Shown here piece after piece: positions 48,908 to 62,412 of a stretch of 64,000 bases of DNA. The position numbers and the translations under genes were made by a program. Origin of the DNA: Malacoraja senta (taxonomy: Eukaryota); NCBI GenBank assembly GCA_038087875.1, contig JAXLNO010000666.1, positions 62,001 to 126,000 on the forward strand, written 5' to 3'. How positions within the stretch are numbered: position 1 is the first letter of the stretch; every line of letters begins with the position of its first letter. The notes under the pieces were generated by a model. The model saw only the letters and a list, made by a program, of their open reading frames with translations, did no database searches and had not been told where the DNA came from.

Positions 48908-49075
48908 GATCTGAAATTCTACAGAAATCCATTCGGTTACATACTCTACACTTGGAATTGGCTGTTTTTATGCCGTGGGTTACATGATGCTGCCTTTTGT
49001 TGCCTATTTTCGTGAGAGATGGAGAATGTTGATATTGACCTGAGCTGATCAGTTTGCTGTACATTCCTTGTGGTG
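48908..49075 (+). CDS. slc22a5: SLC22A4/5-like coding exon 4 (168 nt; several small indels)
   Basis: gcag acceptor; SEILQKSIR, then TYSTLGIGCFYAVGYMMLPFVAYF..WRMLILT, then LISLLYIP, then LWW in shifting frames; gtatg donor. Confidence 0.82.
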
Positions 49076-49556
49076 GTATGTAGAACGTTCAACCTTCAAC
49101 CCATTAAATCAGTAGGTAATGACTGGTGTCACTGGATTCATTCTGACCAAGATAACCAAATTATGTCCACAATTGCCCATCGAAAAAACCCCTCACCTGT
49201 ATCTGTCTGAAGATAGATCTCGACCCGTAACATCAGCCATTCCTTCTCTCTCGAGATGCTGTCTGTCCCGCTGAGTTACTCCTGCATTTTGTGTCTATCT
49301 TTGGTGTAATCCAGCATCTACAGTTCCTTCCTACACATTTCAACCTATTACCTGCCAGTCGATAGTCTGTCCACTGTTTTGGAGAGGAGAAATCAAGACG
49401 GGGAGAGAGGTGTCAGAGATGGTGCTGTGGTGCTGTAAGGCGACATTAGCTCCTCTCCTGTCCTCGGGACCTCGTCTGCGGCTAGAAAAGATGCAAAGAT
49501 CTTTGTCAAGGCTCCTGCAATCTCCTCTTTCAATAACCTGGGATATGTCCCATCAG

Positions 49557-49820
49557 GGAGGCACAGTGGCACAGCGGTAAAGTTGTTGACTTACAGAGCC
49601 AGAGACCTTGGTTTGATCCTCACTATGAGTGCTGTCTGAACGGAGTTTGTACGTTCTCCCTGTGACAACGTGGGTTTTCTCTGGGTTCTCCGGTTTCCTC
49701 CCACACAAAGACATACAGGATTCATGCAATCTCCACGCAGACAGCACCAGATGTCAGGACCATACTGGGGTCTCTGGCACTGTGAGGCAGCAGCTCTACC
49801 AGTTGTGCCACTATGCCACT
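49557..49820. mobile_element. V-SINE fragments (+ copy, then inverted copy)
   Basis: SINE head and V core, followed by a reverse-complement head. Confidence 0.7.
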
Positions 49821-50089
49821 CTTATTGTCCAGGTCTCTCGTTTAGAATCCTCTGCCCAGGGGATAAGCCTGCATCCGTTTGTTTGTTTGTTCATTTGTCC
49901 CGGTTAAGGCGCTGTGCACATGGCATCCACCCAACGGTCGATAGTCTTTTATTATTTTTCTCACCTTTAATTTAATGTTAATTTCATGTTTTCATGTACC
50001 TTCTGTGTTGTGACTGTTGACAGACCAATTCCCCCCACAGGGATGAATAAAGTTTTATCGTATCGTGTCATATTGTTAAGAATATAGCG

Positions 50090-52500
50090 GTAGGTAGACA
50101 AAAATGCTGGAAAACTCAGCGGTTTGAGGCAGCATGTTTGAGAAGGAACTGCAGATACTGGAAAATCGAAGGTAGACAAAAGTGCTGGAGAAACTCAGTG
50201 GGTGTGGCAGTATCTATGGAGCGAAGGAAATAGGCAACATTTCGGGCTGAAACTTTGTTCAGACTGATGTAGGATGGAGGGGTGCGGGAAGAAGGAGAGG
50301 AGGAGCCAGAGGCTGAGGGAGAGCTGAGAAGGGAGGAGACAATGAGGGCTACCTGAATTGGAGAAGTCAATGTTCATGCCGCTGGGGTATGAACTGCCAA
50401 AGCGAAATATGAGGTGCGACTCCTCCAATTTCCGGTGGTCCTCACTCTGGCCATGGAGGAGGCCCAGGACAGAAATGTCAGATTCGGAATGGGAGGGGGA
50501 GTTGAAGTGCTGAGCCACCGGGAGATCAGGTTGGTTATTGCGGATCGAGCGGAGGTGTTCGGCGAAGCGATCGCCAAGCCTATGCTTTGGTCTCACCGAT
50601 CAGCTGACATCTAGAGCAGTGGATGCAATAGATGAGGTTGGAGAGGTGCAGGTGAACCTCTGTCGCACCTGGAACGACTGCTTGGGTCCTTGAATGGAGT
50701 CAAGGGGGGAGGTAAAGTGACAAGTGTAGCATTTCTTGCGGTTTGCAAGGGAAAGTGCCCGGGGAGAGGGTGGTACAGGTGGAAGGGACGAATTGACCAG
50801 GGAGTTACGGAGTAGGGAGCGCTCTTTGCAGAAAGCAGACAGGGGAGAGATGGGAAGATGTGGTGAGTGGTGGGATCATGTTGGAGGTGGCGGAAATGAC
50901 GGAGGATTATTTGTTGTATGTGACGGCTAGTAGGGTGGAAGATGAGGACGAGGGGGACTCTGTCCTTGTTACGAGTGGGGGGGATGGGGAGTGAGAGCAG
51001 TGTTTATGGGGTATGGAGAAGGAAACCCTGGTGAGAGCCTCATCTATAGTCGAAGAGGGGAACCCCCGTTCCTAAGAATGCGGACATCTCTGATGCCCTG
51101 GTTTGGAACACCAATGCAGTCGTCAATGCTAGCGGAGGTAGAGTTCGGGGGCCACTGTACGCCTTGAACAAGGATTGTTCGACGTACCCTACAAAGAGGC
51201 AGGCATAGCTGGGGCCCATTGGATTTGGATTTGGAGGAAATGGGAGGAGCCAAAGGAAAAGCTGTTGAGGGTAAGGACCAGCTCCGCTAGGCGGAGGAGA
51301 GTATTTGTAGACGGGGATTGGATGGTTCTGCAGTCGAGGAAGGGAAGGGAGGGCTTTAGACCCTCCTGATGGGGGAAGGAGGTGTAGAGTGTAGGATATC
51401 CATGGTGAAGATGAGGGAGTGGGGGCCTGGAAAACGGAAGTCATGGAGGAGTCGAAGAATGTGGTGAGGTGTCTTGGACATAGGTGGGGAGGGATTTGAC
51501 CAGGGGGGATAGGATGGAGTCGAGGTATGTGGAAATAAGTTTGGTGGGACAAGAACAAACAGAAACAATAGGTCTGCCAGGACAGTCAGTTTGTGGATTT
51601 TGGGGAGAAGGTAAAATCGGGCCGTGCGAGGCTGGGAAACGATGAGGTTGGAGGCTTGGAGGACAGGGAGCCGAAGTGTTGAGGCCATTGATGGTGTTTG
51701 AGATAATGGCCTGGGTGCTCTTCAGTGGGGTCATGGTCCAAGGTTAAGTAGGAGGAGGTGTCTGAGAATTGGCGCCTGGCTCAGACCCGTAGAGGTCAGT
51801 GCGCCAGACTACCACGGCACCTCTCTTGTCGGCAGGTTTGATCACCCAGTCGCGGTTGTTGCCGGGTGAGTGGAGGGCTGTACGTTCAGGGGGGTGGGGG
51901 GGGGGGGGGGGAGAGGTTTGGATGAGAAAGAGGAGTGGAGAAGTTGAGGCGGTTGTTGGCCTGCCAGCAGTTTAAAATAAAAAGGTCTAAAGCAGGTAGA
52001 TGGCCATGAGGGGGGAGTCCAAGAGGAGGGGGTCTGTTGGAGACGGGAGAATGGGGTCATCAATAGGGGGTGTGGACTGCTTCCCATGGAAAAACGCTTA
52101 GATGCGGAGGTGAAGAAGAAGAGCTCCACATCGTGGCGGACACGGAACTCATTGAGGTGGGGACGGAGGGAAACAATGGTGAGGCCTCTGTTGAGGACAG
52201 ACCGGTTCGGTATCAGAGAGGGGGAGGTCAGGGGGGATGGTGAACACATGGCAAGGTTGGGGGTTGGGGCTGGAGGGAGCCAGGTGAATGGACAGAGGTT
52301 GTCTGGTAGGGAGGTGGTGGGGTGGTCAGGAAGGAGTGGGGTATGAGGACTACAGTGTGGGTGGGGAGGAGCTGGGGTCACATGGAACAACCACTGATTT
52401 TACCTGGGGGGAGGAGCACTGGGACCCAGTGCAGTCAAACCCGTGGTGTGAGAGTCTGCAGCGTCGAGACTTCAGGCCCGGTGCTGAGCCTTGGACTCAG
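50090..52500 (-). mobile_element. Penelope-like element (RT + GIY-YIG), heavily frameshifted
   Basis: RTARFYLLPKIHK, GRPIVS, MGPSYACLFVG, LGDRFAEH and GMNIDFS; terminal hammerhead-like unit. Confidence 0.85.
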
Positions 52501-52544
52501 GTAAGATGACGGCTGCGGCCTGCTGGTGGGGGGCGGAGATCAAT

Positions 52545-53864
52545 CCTTGTTCAAGGCGTACCGTGACCCTATCCCCCGAACTCTACCTTCGCTACATTGA
52601 CGACTGCATTGTTGCTACCTCCTGCACCCATGCAGAACTCACTGACTTCATCCATTTCACCACTAACTTCCATCAGGCACTGAAATTCACCTGGACCATT
52701 TCCGACATATCCCTACCGTTTCTAGACCTCACTATCTCCATCGCAGGTAACAGACTACTGACCGACATCTACTACAAACCCACTGACTCCCATGGCTATC
52801 TGGACTACACTTCCTCCCACCCTGCTTCCTGTAAGGACTCCATCCCCTACTCCCAATTCCTCCGTCTACGCCGCATCTGCCCACAGGATGAGGTGTTCCA
52901 AACCAGGGCATCGGAGATGTCCTCATTCTTTAAGGAACGGGGGTTCCCCTCTTCGACTATAGATGATGCTCTCACCAGGGTCTCCTCTATATCCCATAGC
53001 TCCGCTCTCACTCCCCATCCCCCCACTCATAACACAGACAGAGTCCCCCTTGTCCTCACCTTCCACCCCACCAGCCCGTCACATACAACAGATAATCCTC
53101 CGACATTTTCGCCACCTCCAACAGGATCCCATCACCGGCCACACCTTTCCATCTCCTCCCCTTTCGGCTTTCCGCAGAGACCGCTCCCTCCATAACTCCC
53201 TGGTCAAATCGTCACTTCCCACCCAAACCACCCCCTCACCCAGTACTTTCCCTTGAAACCGCAGGAAATGCCATGTTTGTTGCTTTACCTCCCCCCTCGA
53301 CTCCATCCAAGGACCCAAGCAGTCTTTCCAGGTGAGGCAGAGGTTCACCTGCACCTCCTCCAACCTCATCTATTGCATCCGCTGCTCTAGGTCTCAACTG
53401 CTCTACATCTGTGAGACCAAGCGCAGGCTTGGCGATCGCTTCACCCAACACCCCCGCTCGGTTCGCATTAACCAACCCGATCTCCCGGTGGCCCAGCATT
53501 TCAACTCCCACTCCCAATCCGACCTTTCTGTCCTGGGCCTTCTCCATGGCCAGAGTGAGCCCCACCGCAAATTGGAGGAGCAGCACTTCATATTTCGCTT
53601 GGGCAGTTTACACCCCAGCAGTATGAACATTGACTTCTCCAATTTCAGTTAGTCCTTGCTTTCTCCCTCCTTCCCCTCCCCAGCTCTCCCACAGCCTAAT
53701 GTCTCCGCCTCTTCCTTTCTTCTTCCCAACCCCCACCCCCCCACCCCATCAGTCTGAAGAAGGGTCTCGACCCGAAACATCACCTATTCCTTCGCTCCAT
53801 AGAGTTTCTCCAGCATTTTTGTCTACCTTCAATTTTTCCAGCATCTGCAATTCTTTCTTAAACA
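52545..53864 (+). mobile_element. Penelope-like element 3' half, divergent from the preceding copy
   Basis: YLRYIDD, YYKPTDSHGYLDYTSSHP and NLIYCIRCSR..YICETKRRLGDRF; hammerhead-like motif at 53754. Confidence 0.88.
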
Positions 53865-53939
53865 AGAATATAGTGGTAGTAATTTCACGTCCTTTGATGT
53901 TTCAATTATTCTGTTACAGAATACCTTGTTTAATTCTAG

Positions 53940-54066
53940 GTTTATTCCTGAATCTCCACGCTGGCTACTGTCCATGGGAAGGGTAAAGGAAGCTGAATCA
54001 ATAATTCGATTCATGGCAAAGAAAAATGGCATCACTCCACCAGCAGTACTTTTCACTGACGATGAG
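53940..54066 (+). CDS. slc22a5: SLC22A4/5-like coding exon 5 (127 nt)
   Basis: ctag acceptor; (W)[42 protein letters not shown] with the PESPRWL SLC22 motif; gtatc donor. Confidence 0.92.
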
Positions 54067-54149
54067 GTATCGGGGCAAGACCATTTATTTCATTGTTACG
54101 TGGTTGTTCAGTTCTTTAATACAGAGCAACACTTTCCTCTCAGTTATTT

Positions 54150-54500
54150 TCATATCGAGTGGATGTGGAGAGGATGTGTCCACTTGTGGGAGAGTCTGGG
54201 ATCAGATGTCGTAGCCTCAGAATTAAAGGACGTTCCTGTCAGAGGGAGATGAGGCAGAATTTCTTTGTCATAGGGTGGTGAATCTGTGGAATATTTTGAC
54301 CCAGAAGGTTGTGGAGGCCGTGAATGGATATTGTTAAGGCAGAGTTAGATAGATTCTTGATTAGTACGGGTGTCAGGGGTTAGTGGGAAAATGCAGGAGA
54401 ATGGGGTTAGGAGGGAGAGATTGATCACCCATGATTGAATGGCAGAGTAGACATGATGGCCGAATGGACTAATTCTGCTCTTATCACATGATATCTATTC
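54150..54500 (+). mobile_element. CR1 LINE 3' fragment
   Basis: Similar to the other CR1 3' ends in the window. Confidence 0.65.
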
Positions 54501-54898
54501 ATAAGGTGATTACTCCTTGATATTGAGCCTTATCTACCTTTCAGTCTGAAGAAGGGTTCCGACACAAATCGGAACCTATTCCTTTTCTCCAGATGCTGTC
54601 CGACCTGCTGTTACTCCAACGTTTTGGTATAAACCAGCATCTGCAGTTCTTCCCTACAGAACTGCTTGATATTGTTTCGTCTGACAAGCCTGTCCCATTT
54701 CCTTTGTTTTTTGTTATCCACTTGTTTTCAGATGATAAGTCTTCACCAAGTTAATCGATCATTAAAAATATAATAATGTAAATCTGACTTCACCCAAAAA
54801 CAAAAGGACGTACATTTTCAACCAGACTTCACTGCAAACAAAATTAGGCATGAATATCCTGACAAATATGCAGCTGTATTATAACAACTGCACAAATA

Positions 54899-55210
54899 GG
54901 GCATCACGATGGCGCAGCGGTAGAGTTGTTGCCTGACAGCACCAGAGACGTGGGTTTGATCCTGACTATGGGTGATGTCTGTACGGAGTTTGTACGTTCT
55001 CCCTGTGACCTGAGTGGGTTTTCTCCGGGAGCTCCGGTTTCCTCCTACACTCCAAAGACGTATAGGTTTGCAGGGTGATTGGCTTGCTAAAATTGTAAAT
55101 TATCCCTGATGTGATGGATAGTGTTGTGTGTGGGGATCGCTGGTCGGCGCAGTCTCGTTGGGCCGAAAAGCTTGTTTTCTGCGCTGTATCTCTGCATTAA
55201 ACAAAACTAA
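54899..55210 (+). mobile_element. V-SINE (HE1-like)
   Basis: Head, V core and tail all present. Confidence 0.8.
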
Positions 55211-58200
55211 AGGAGATCAACATGAACTGTGTGTCGTAACCTCTCACTGGATACAATTATTTTTGATTTTTTTATTAGCAGTAATTTGGAGATAAGATCG
55301 CATTTGCCCCGTTCCATTATAAGAGGTTCAGGTTTATTAGTGTCGGGTGTATGGAAGTACAGTGAAATGTTTTGTTTTGGCTGCAATCCAATCAAGTCAG
55401 ATAATGCTATCCATAAATACAATCAAGCCAAACTCAAGCACAATAGGTTGAGCAAAGATACAGAATGCAGAATGTAGTTCTCAGCATTATAGATATACAT
55501 TACATAGGATCACTCAGATCATTAGCAAGATTGTTTCACTAATTCTCTCTCTGATTCTTGCCATTTTCCCATGGGCTTTATCCTATAAACATTTATTAGT
55601 AGAAAACAGCTCTATTATGTGATATTGAGAAAGAAAAAATATTGAGCTTTTGAGTTAGATTTTACTTTAGACTTTATTATTATTATTTTTTTTAATATTT
55701 AATTTTTATTAGAGGTTTCTGCATATCATAGTCCAAACCAATACAAACTTTGTTTAACGATTACATATTAAGTATCCAGGGTTCCGGGGATCCAGTTACC
55801 AAAGTAGCTGGGGTCCTCCTTTATCGGTTACATATTAACATTACCTCTAATTATTTATTTATGTTTATAGATAAGAAAAATAAAGAAATAAAGAGAAGAA
55901 ATTAGAAAAAAAATAAGATAAACTATCAATAATACAACTTTGGAGATAGGTCCGTAGGTCAGAAAACATAACTATGCATCTAGTCCTGGGTTCAGGTTTC
56001 AGTCAGCCCTCCGCGCCGGCCCAGTCTACCCCTTCAAATAATCTATAAATGGAGACCATATTTTAGTAAATAATTCTGGTTTGTCAATTAAGACATATCT
56101 AATTTTTTCCAAATGTAAGGTCTCCGACGTCTCCATAATCCACATCTTAATTGTGGGGGTTGCAGGATTTTTCCAAAATTTTAATATTAATTTTTTCCCA
56201 ATTATTATACTGTAATCAAGGAAATTTCTTTGGTTTGTTGTAAGTTTTAGGTATTGTTGTGATATGCCCAATATTATTAATTTAGGATCGGGATCCAGTT
56301 GAGTATTAGCAACTACAGAGATTATTTTAAAAATATCCGTCCAGTACTTTTTAATTTTTATACAATTTACAAAAGTATGGATTAAATTAGTATTGGCATT
56401 TTATCACAGATAGGAGAGATTTTAGGAAAGATTCTATTTAATTTTGTTTTTGAATAATGCAGTCTATGTAGTACTTTAAATTGTATTAAAGAATGTCTGG
56501 TATTTAATGTGCATTGATATATATGTTGCAGACTTTCATCCCAAATATCTTTTGTTATGGGTTGGGCTAATTCCTTTTCCCATGCTAGTCTATATAATTC
56601 CGTCGACGGAATCTCACTGTCTAAAAGAGTATTATAAATGTAAGATATTAATTTAACTGTATTAGGGTTATTCCAACATTCATCTAGAATCTCTGGTTCT
56701 CTAGTTCTGTATTCTTGTGTATGTGATTTAACATAATCTTTAAGTTGTAAGTATCTAAAAATATTATTTAAATGTAATCCATAATTCTGTTGTAGTTCCT
56801 GAAACGAGAGAAAAATACCATTTCTATAAAGATGTCCCATCTTTTTAATTCCATGATTTTTCCATTATACAAAACCTTTATCCAACACTGAGGGTTTAAA
56901 TGAAGGATTATTTGCAATGGGGAGAGAAAGTGATAAATTATCCAATTTTAATGTCTTTTTTAGTTGTTTCCAAATTCGAATACCACTATATATTATAGGG
57001 TTTTCACTATAGATTTTTTAATTCAATGTTGTAGGAGCTAACAGGATCGGCCCAATTTCAAAAGGCAAACAATCTTCCTTTTCCATCTTTAACCAGTCTG
57101 GTTGTTGATCCATATCTTCCAACCAAAAATTCATATTTTGACATTAACTGCCCAAAAATAAAGTAAAGAATTTGGTAAAACTAATCCTCCTTTGGTCTTG
57201 GGTTTGCATAGGTGTTTTTTGCTTATTCTGTGGTTCTTATAATTCCAAATAAAACTTGTCACTATAGAGTCAACTTTTTTAAAGACATTTTTTGGGAGAT
57301 ATAGTGATTGAAAAAGGTTTAGCAATTGCGGAAGGAAAATCATTTTTATAGCATTAACTCTACCGAGCATTGAAATGAGAAGTGTTTTCCAGTATTGGAT
57401 ATTCTTATGCAATTTATTAAGTAAAGGCATGAAATTTGATTTAAATAAAGTATATTTCACATAAATTCCAAGGTATTTAAATTTTTCATTGACTATTCTA
57501 AAAGGTGAGTGTTGCAATATATATGTTGGGTTCCGTTATTGGCATCATCTCACTTTTATTCCAATTATTTCTCTATCCCGAAAATAAACCAAATTGAGTT
57601 ATAAGATTTAACAAGTTTGGGATGCTGATTTCTGGATTTGTAATATATAATAATACATCGTCTGCATATAGAGAGATTTTATTAACTGTATTTTTAGTAT
57701 TATACCCATATATTTCTGGATGTGCTCTAACTCTTTCTGCTAGTGGTTCAATAGCGAGGGCAAATAGTAGCGGGGATAACGGGCATCCTTGTCTGCAACC
57801 TTTAGATAAATCAAATTTTGTTGATAACATTTGATTTGTCATTATTCTAGCTGTTGGGTTAGTGTATAACAGCTTAACCCATGTGCAAAACGTCTCACCC
57901 AATTGAAATGTTTCCATCACCGAAAATAAATAGGGCCATTCCACTTGATCGAATGCTTTCTCAGCGTCTAACGAGATGACTGCTAGATCTACATTAGCTA
58001 TTCTATTTGAGTATATAATATTAAATAATCGTCTCCGATTATAATATGAATAGCGTTTTGGAATAAAGCCTGTTTGGTCAGGGTGTATTAATTTATGAAT
58101 CACTAAACTTAATCTATGGGCTAAAATTTTGGTTAATATTTTCTGATCGGTGTTTAAGAGAGCAATTGCTCTATATGAACCTGGGTCTTCAGGGTCCTTA

Positions 58201-60007
58201 TCCATTTTGGGTATAAGTATTATTGTTGATTCATTTAAAGTTTCTGGTAATTTCTGTTGCATGAAAGCATGAGGTGTAGAGAAATCAGATCAAGAAATTT
58301 TTTGTAAAATTCGCTATTTAAACCATCAGGGCCAGTGGCCTTTCCATTTTTTAAAGATCTAATATATTCTTCAATATCTTTTACTGATATTTCGGCCCCT
58401 AATAATTCCCTCTCTTTCAGATCTAAACCTGTAAGATTACATTTCTGTTAAAATGATTCCATTCCTGCAGACCCCACTATCGTTTTGGTTGAGTAAAGTG
58501 TTTGATAGTATTGAGAAAATCTAGCATTAATATCCTTGGGTAATGTTAGTATTTCTCCCGTACCTGATTTAATTTTATAAATTGTTTTTTCCCCTTCCTG
58601 TTTCCGGAGCTGACGTGCCAGTAATTTTTGTGGTTTATCACCGAACTCAAAGTGTAGTTGTTTAGTATTTTGATAAAGTTTTATGATTTGATCTGAATAT
58701 ATTTGATTTAACATATATTTGAGTGCAGCAATTTTATTATGTATTATCGTAGAGGTCGCGATTGCGTTTTCCATATCTAATTGCCTTATCTCCATTTCCA
58801 ATTCCTGTTTGGCACGGTTCTTTTTATTACGAAAGGCTTGCGCGGAGATTAACGCTCCTTGTATAAATGCTTTAAATGTTTCCCAAAGAAGGGAGGCAGA
58901 TATTTCATGGCATTAGTCTCGAAAAACATATTTATCAGTGTGATAAGGTATTCACAACATGCTTTATCATTTAAAATTTGAGGATTAATTCTCCATTGTG
59001 TCTGCTTCTCAGTCATTCCACTTAGTTTGGTCATAAATGTTAAAGGAGCGTGGTCCAAAATTATAATATTAGGATATTTCGAATTATAAGTAAATGGGAT
59101 AAGCTTAGAGTCTACTAAAAAGTAATCTATCCTTGAGTAAGTTTTATGTACCGGTGAGTAGAATGAATATTCCCTTCCGGATGGGTTTTCAATTCTCCAA
59201 ACATCTTTCATATATGTAGAATTAATGTATGAATTTAATAATTCGCTTGTCTTGGATTTTGCTTTTCTTTGTCTTGACGATCTGTCTAGATAAGAATCTA
59301 GTGTACAATTTAAATCTCCACCAATTATCAAGTTATGTTGTGTGAGTTCCGGGATAGTATTAAGTATATTCTTAAATAACAAAGGGTTATCAAAATTTGG
59401 TCCATAGACATTGAGAAGAATCACTTTTTTTAGATATAATTCACCCACTAGTATAATATATCTACCATTACTGTCCGCAATAGTTGATATGTGTTTAAAA
59501 GGTATACCTTTACGGATTACAATTGCGACCCCTATGGCCTTATGGGAGAATGAAGAGTGATATGTTTCAGCAATCCATTTTGCTTTCAATCTATGTTGTG
59601 CTTCGTTTTTAAGATGAGTTTCTTGAAGAAATGTTATATCTGCATTGAGTGACTTTAAGTGTGCTAATACTTTACCTCTCTTGATTGATTCATTAATTCC
59701 CTTAACGTTCCAGCTACAAAAAGTAATTCCTTGACCCCCAATTTTTCTATTAACGTCTTGCATCATATGGTTAGGGCAGTCTATAAAAGAGTAGATCGCT
59801 CAGCAGAGTATGCCAGACAATCCCCCCGAACACAGGACAGATGAGTTTTAAATTGAATAGATCTTCCTCCAGGACCTCTCTCCACAAATAATACTTATAA
59901 TTCAAATCAACTTTATGATAGAAATTAAGTAAGAAATAAAAAAAGAAAGTAAAAAAATAAAAATTAATAAAGTGCAAGAAAAAAGAAGAAACTACATCTA
60001 CAAATAG

Positions 60008-61281
60008 TGTTAAAGAAGGAACTGCAGATGCTGGAAAATCGAAGGTACACAAAAATGCAGGAGTAACTCAGCGGGTGCAGCAGCATCTATGGAGCGAAGG
60101 AAATAGGCAACGTTTCGGGCCGAAACCCTTCTTCAGACTGATAGGGGGTGGGGAGAAGAAAGGAAAAAAGGCGGAGGAGGAGCCCAAGGGCTGGGGGATG
60201 GGAGGAGACAACCAGAGGGCGGATGAAGGGGAGGGGACAGCAAGGGCTAGCAGAGTTGTGAGAACTCAATGTTCATGCCCCCAGGATGTAGACTGCCCAA
60301 GCGGAATATGAGGTGCATTTCCTCCAATTTCCGGTGTTGCTCGCTGTGGCCATGGAGGAGACCCAGGACAGAGAGGTCAGATACGGAATGGGAGGGGGAA
60401 TTGAAGTGCTGAGCCACCGGGAGGTCAGGTAGGTTATTGCGGACCGACCGGAGGTGTTCGGCGAAACGATCGCCAAGCCTCCGCTTGGTCTCACCGATGT
60501 AGATCAGCTGACATCTAGAGCAGCGATTGCAATAGATGAGGTTGGAGGAGATGCAGGTGAATCTGTGTCGCACCTGGAACGACTGCTTGGGTCCTTGAAT
60601 GGAATCGAGGGGGGAGGTGAAGGGACAAGTGTTGCATCTCTTGCGGTTGCAAGGGAAAGTACCCGGGGAGGGGGTGGTACGGGAGGGAAGGGAAGAATTG
60701 ACAAGGGAGTTACGGAGGGAGCGGTCTTCCGTCCGGCACTCAACTTCCATCCGGCACTCAAATACACCTGGACCATTTCCGACACTTCCCTACCATTCCT
60801 TGACCTCACTATCTCCATCGCAGGTGATAGACTTCATACCGACATCCACTACAAACCTACCGACTCCCATGGCTATCTGGACTACACTTCTTCCCACCCT
60901 GCTTCCTGTATGGACTCCATCCCCCACTCCCAATTCCTCCGTCTACGCCGCATCTGCTCCCAGGATGAGGCGTTCCACACCAGGGCATCCGAAATGTCCT
61001 CATTCTTCAGGTAACGGGGGTTCCCCTCCTCCACCATAGATGAGGCTCGCACGAGGGTCTCTGCCCTACCATGCAACACTGCTCTCTCTCCCCATGCCCC
61101 CACTCACAACAAGGGCAGAGTCCCCCTAGTCCTCACCTTTCACCCCACCAGCCGTCACATACAACAAGTGATCCTCCGTCAGTTTTGCCACCTCCAACAT
61201 GACCCCACCACTCACCACATCTTCCCATCTCCCCCCATGTCTGCCTTCCGCAAAGACCGCTCCCTCCGTAACTCCCTTGTC
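60008..61281. mobile_element. Penelope insertion with internal inversion, inside the L1 inter-ORF region
   Basis: GIY-YIG and 3' end on the minus strand (60008-60730); RT C-terminus on the plus strand (60735-61281). Confidence 0.85.
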
Positions 61282-62317
61282 GTAAAACCCAACAAACTCA
61301 GTAAGAGTTATTTACGGGATTAATGTTAGAACTATTTTAGTCCAAAAGATTAATAATCATGTGAGAGAAACTATTACTCTCTTGGCTAAGTATTAGTAAA
61401 ATATTAGTCTGATGTAAAAAAAAGTATAAACATAGCTAATTTTAATTAATAAAATACCCAGGTTATACCTTGTTTGCAATTCATATTTTTAACTAATTAT
61501 TCTAATAATAATAATAGTAGTCTTAATAATTAGTATTTGTTAGTAATAATTAGTACTAAAATATTAAAATAATATGTCCATATCAAGAAGGTTTGTTCAG
61601 TTATCGTTATCAGCTTTCATTAGTCCTTGAGTAAAGCAATTTAAAGTTCCATTTATTCTCCGCAAGATGAGGATATCATATGAATGTTATTCAATCAGCA
61701 CTCAGGCCCACGCTCTTCTGGGCGATCTTCTGGGCGAACGCCAATGCTTTCTTGTGATCAGTAAAAATCTGCTCCTTCTGTTCATAGGTGACTCTCAGTC
61801 TTGCAGGGTACAGCAGTCCATATCTCAAGTTGTCTATCTTCTTAAAAATCCCTCTTGTCTCGGTAAATAACGCTCTCCTTTTGACCACTTCCATGGGATA
61901 GTCTCGGAAAATGCTGATTTTGTCTCCCTCGAACAGAAGATTTCTGGCGCTAGCAATTTTTTTCATATCATCCAAGACGTGGTCATATTGCACCTTCACT
62001 ATCAGTTGCCTTGGGGGCGCGTTCGGGCCTGAGCGACGTCCCAGAGCCCTATGTGCCCGGCCTAATAAAGGCTTTTGATCCAAATTCAATACTTTTTTCA
62101 ATATGTCTGCAGCATAGTCACGGAGATCTTTAGTTCCTTCTTTACCCTGTAGGACGCCAACAATTCTTAAGTTCTGACGTCTTTGGCGTCCCTCCAAGTC
62201 AATACATTTTTCAGTTACTGTATGCAGTAAATCTGATAAACGCCTGTTCTCGGCAAGAAGTGTTTCTGTAGTTTGAGAGCTCGTATCAGCAATTGACTCC
62301 AAATGAGTCATGGCCTC

Positions 62318-62412
62318 GGAGGTACACAAAAATGCTGGAGAAACTCAGCGGGTGCAGCAGCATCTGTGGAGCGAAGGAAATAGGCAACGTTTCGGGCCGA
62401 AACCCTTCTTCA
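62318..62412 (-). mobile_element. 95-nt hammerhead-bearing unit inserted in L1 ORF1
   Basis: Flanking duplication gagtcatggcctc / gagtcatgacctc at 62305-62317 and 62413-62425. Confidence 0.8.

Noticed and set aside
54732..54775. Possible SLC22 exon 6 after a polypyrimidine tract and ttcag
   Set aside because: The in-frame reading MISLHQVNRSLKI* stops early and lacks the expected DLLRT..IR-type motif; exon 6 was not found in the window.
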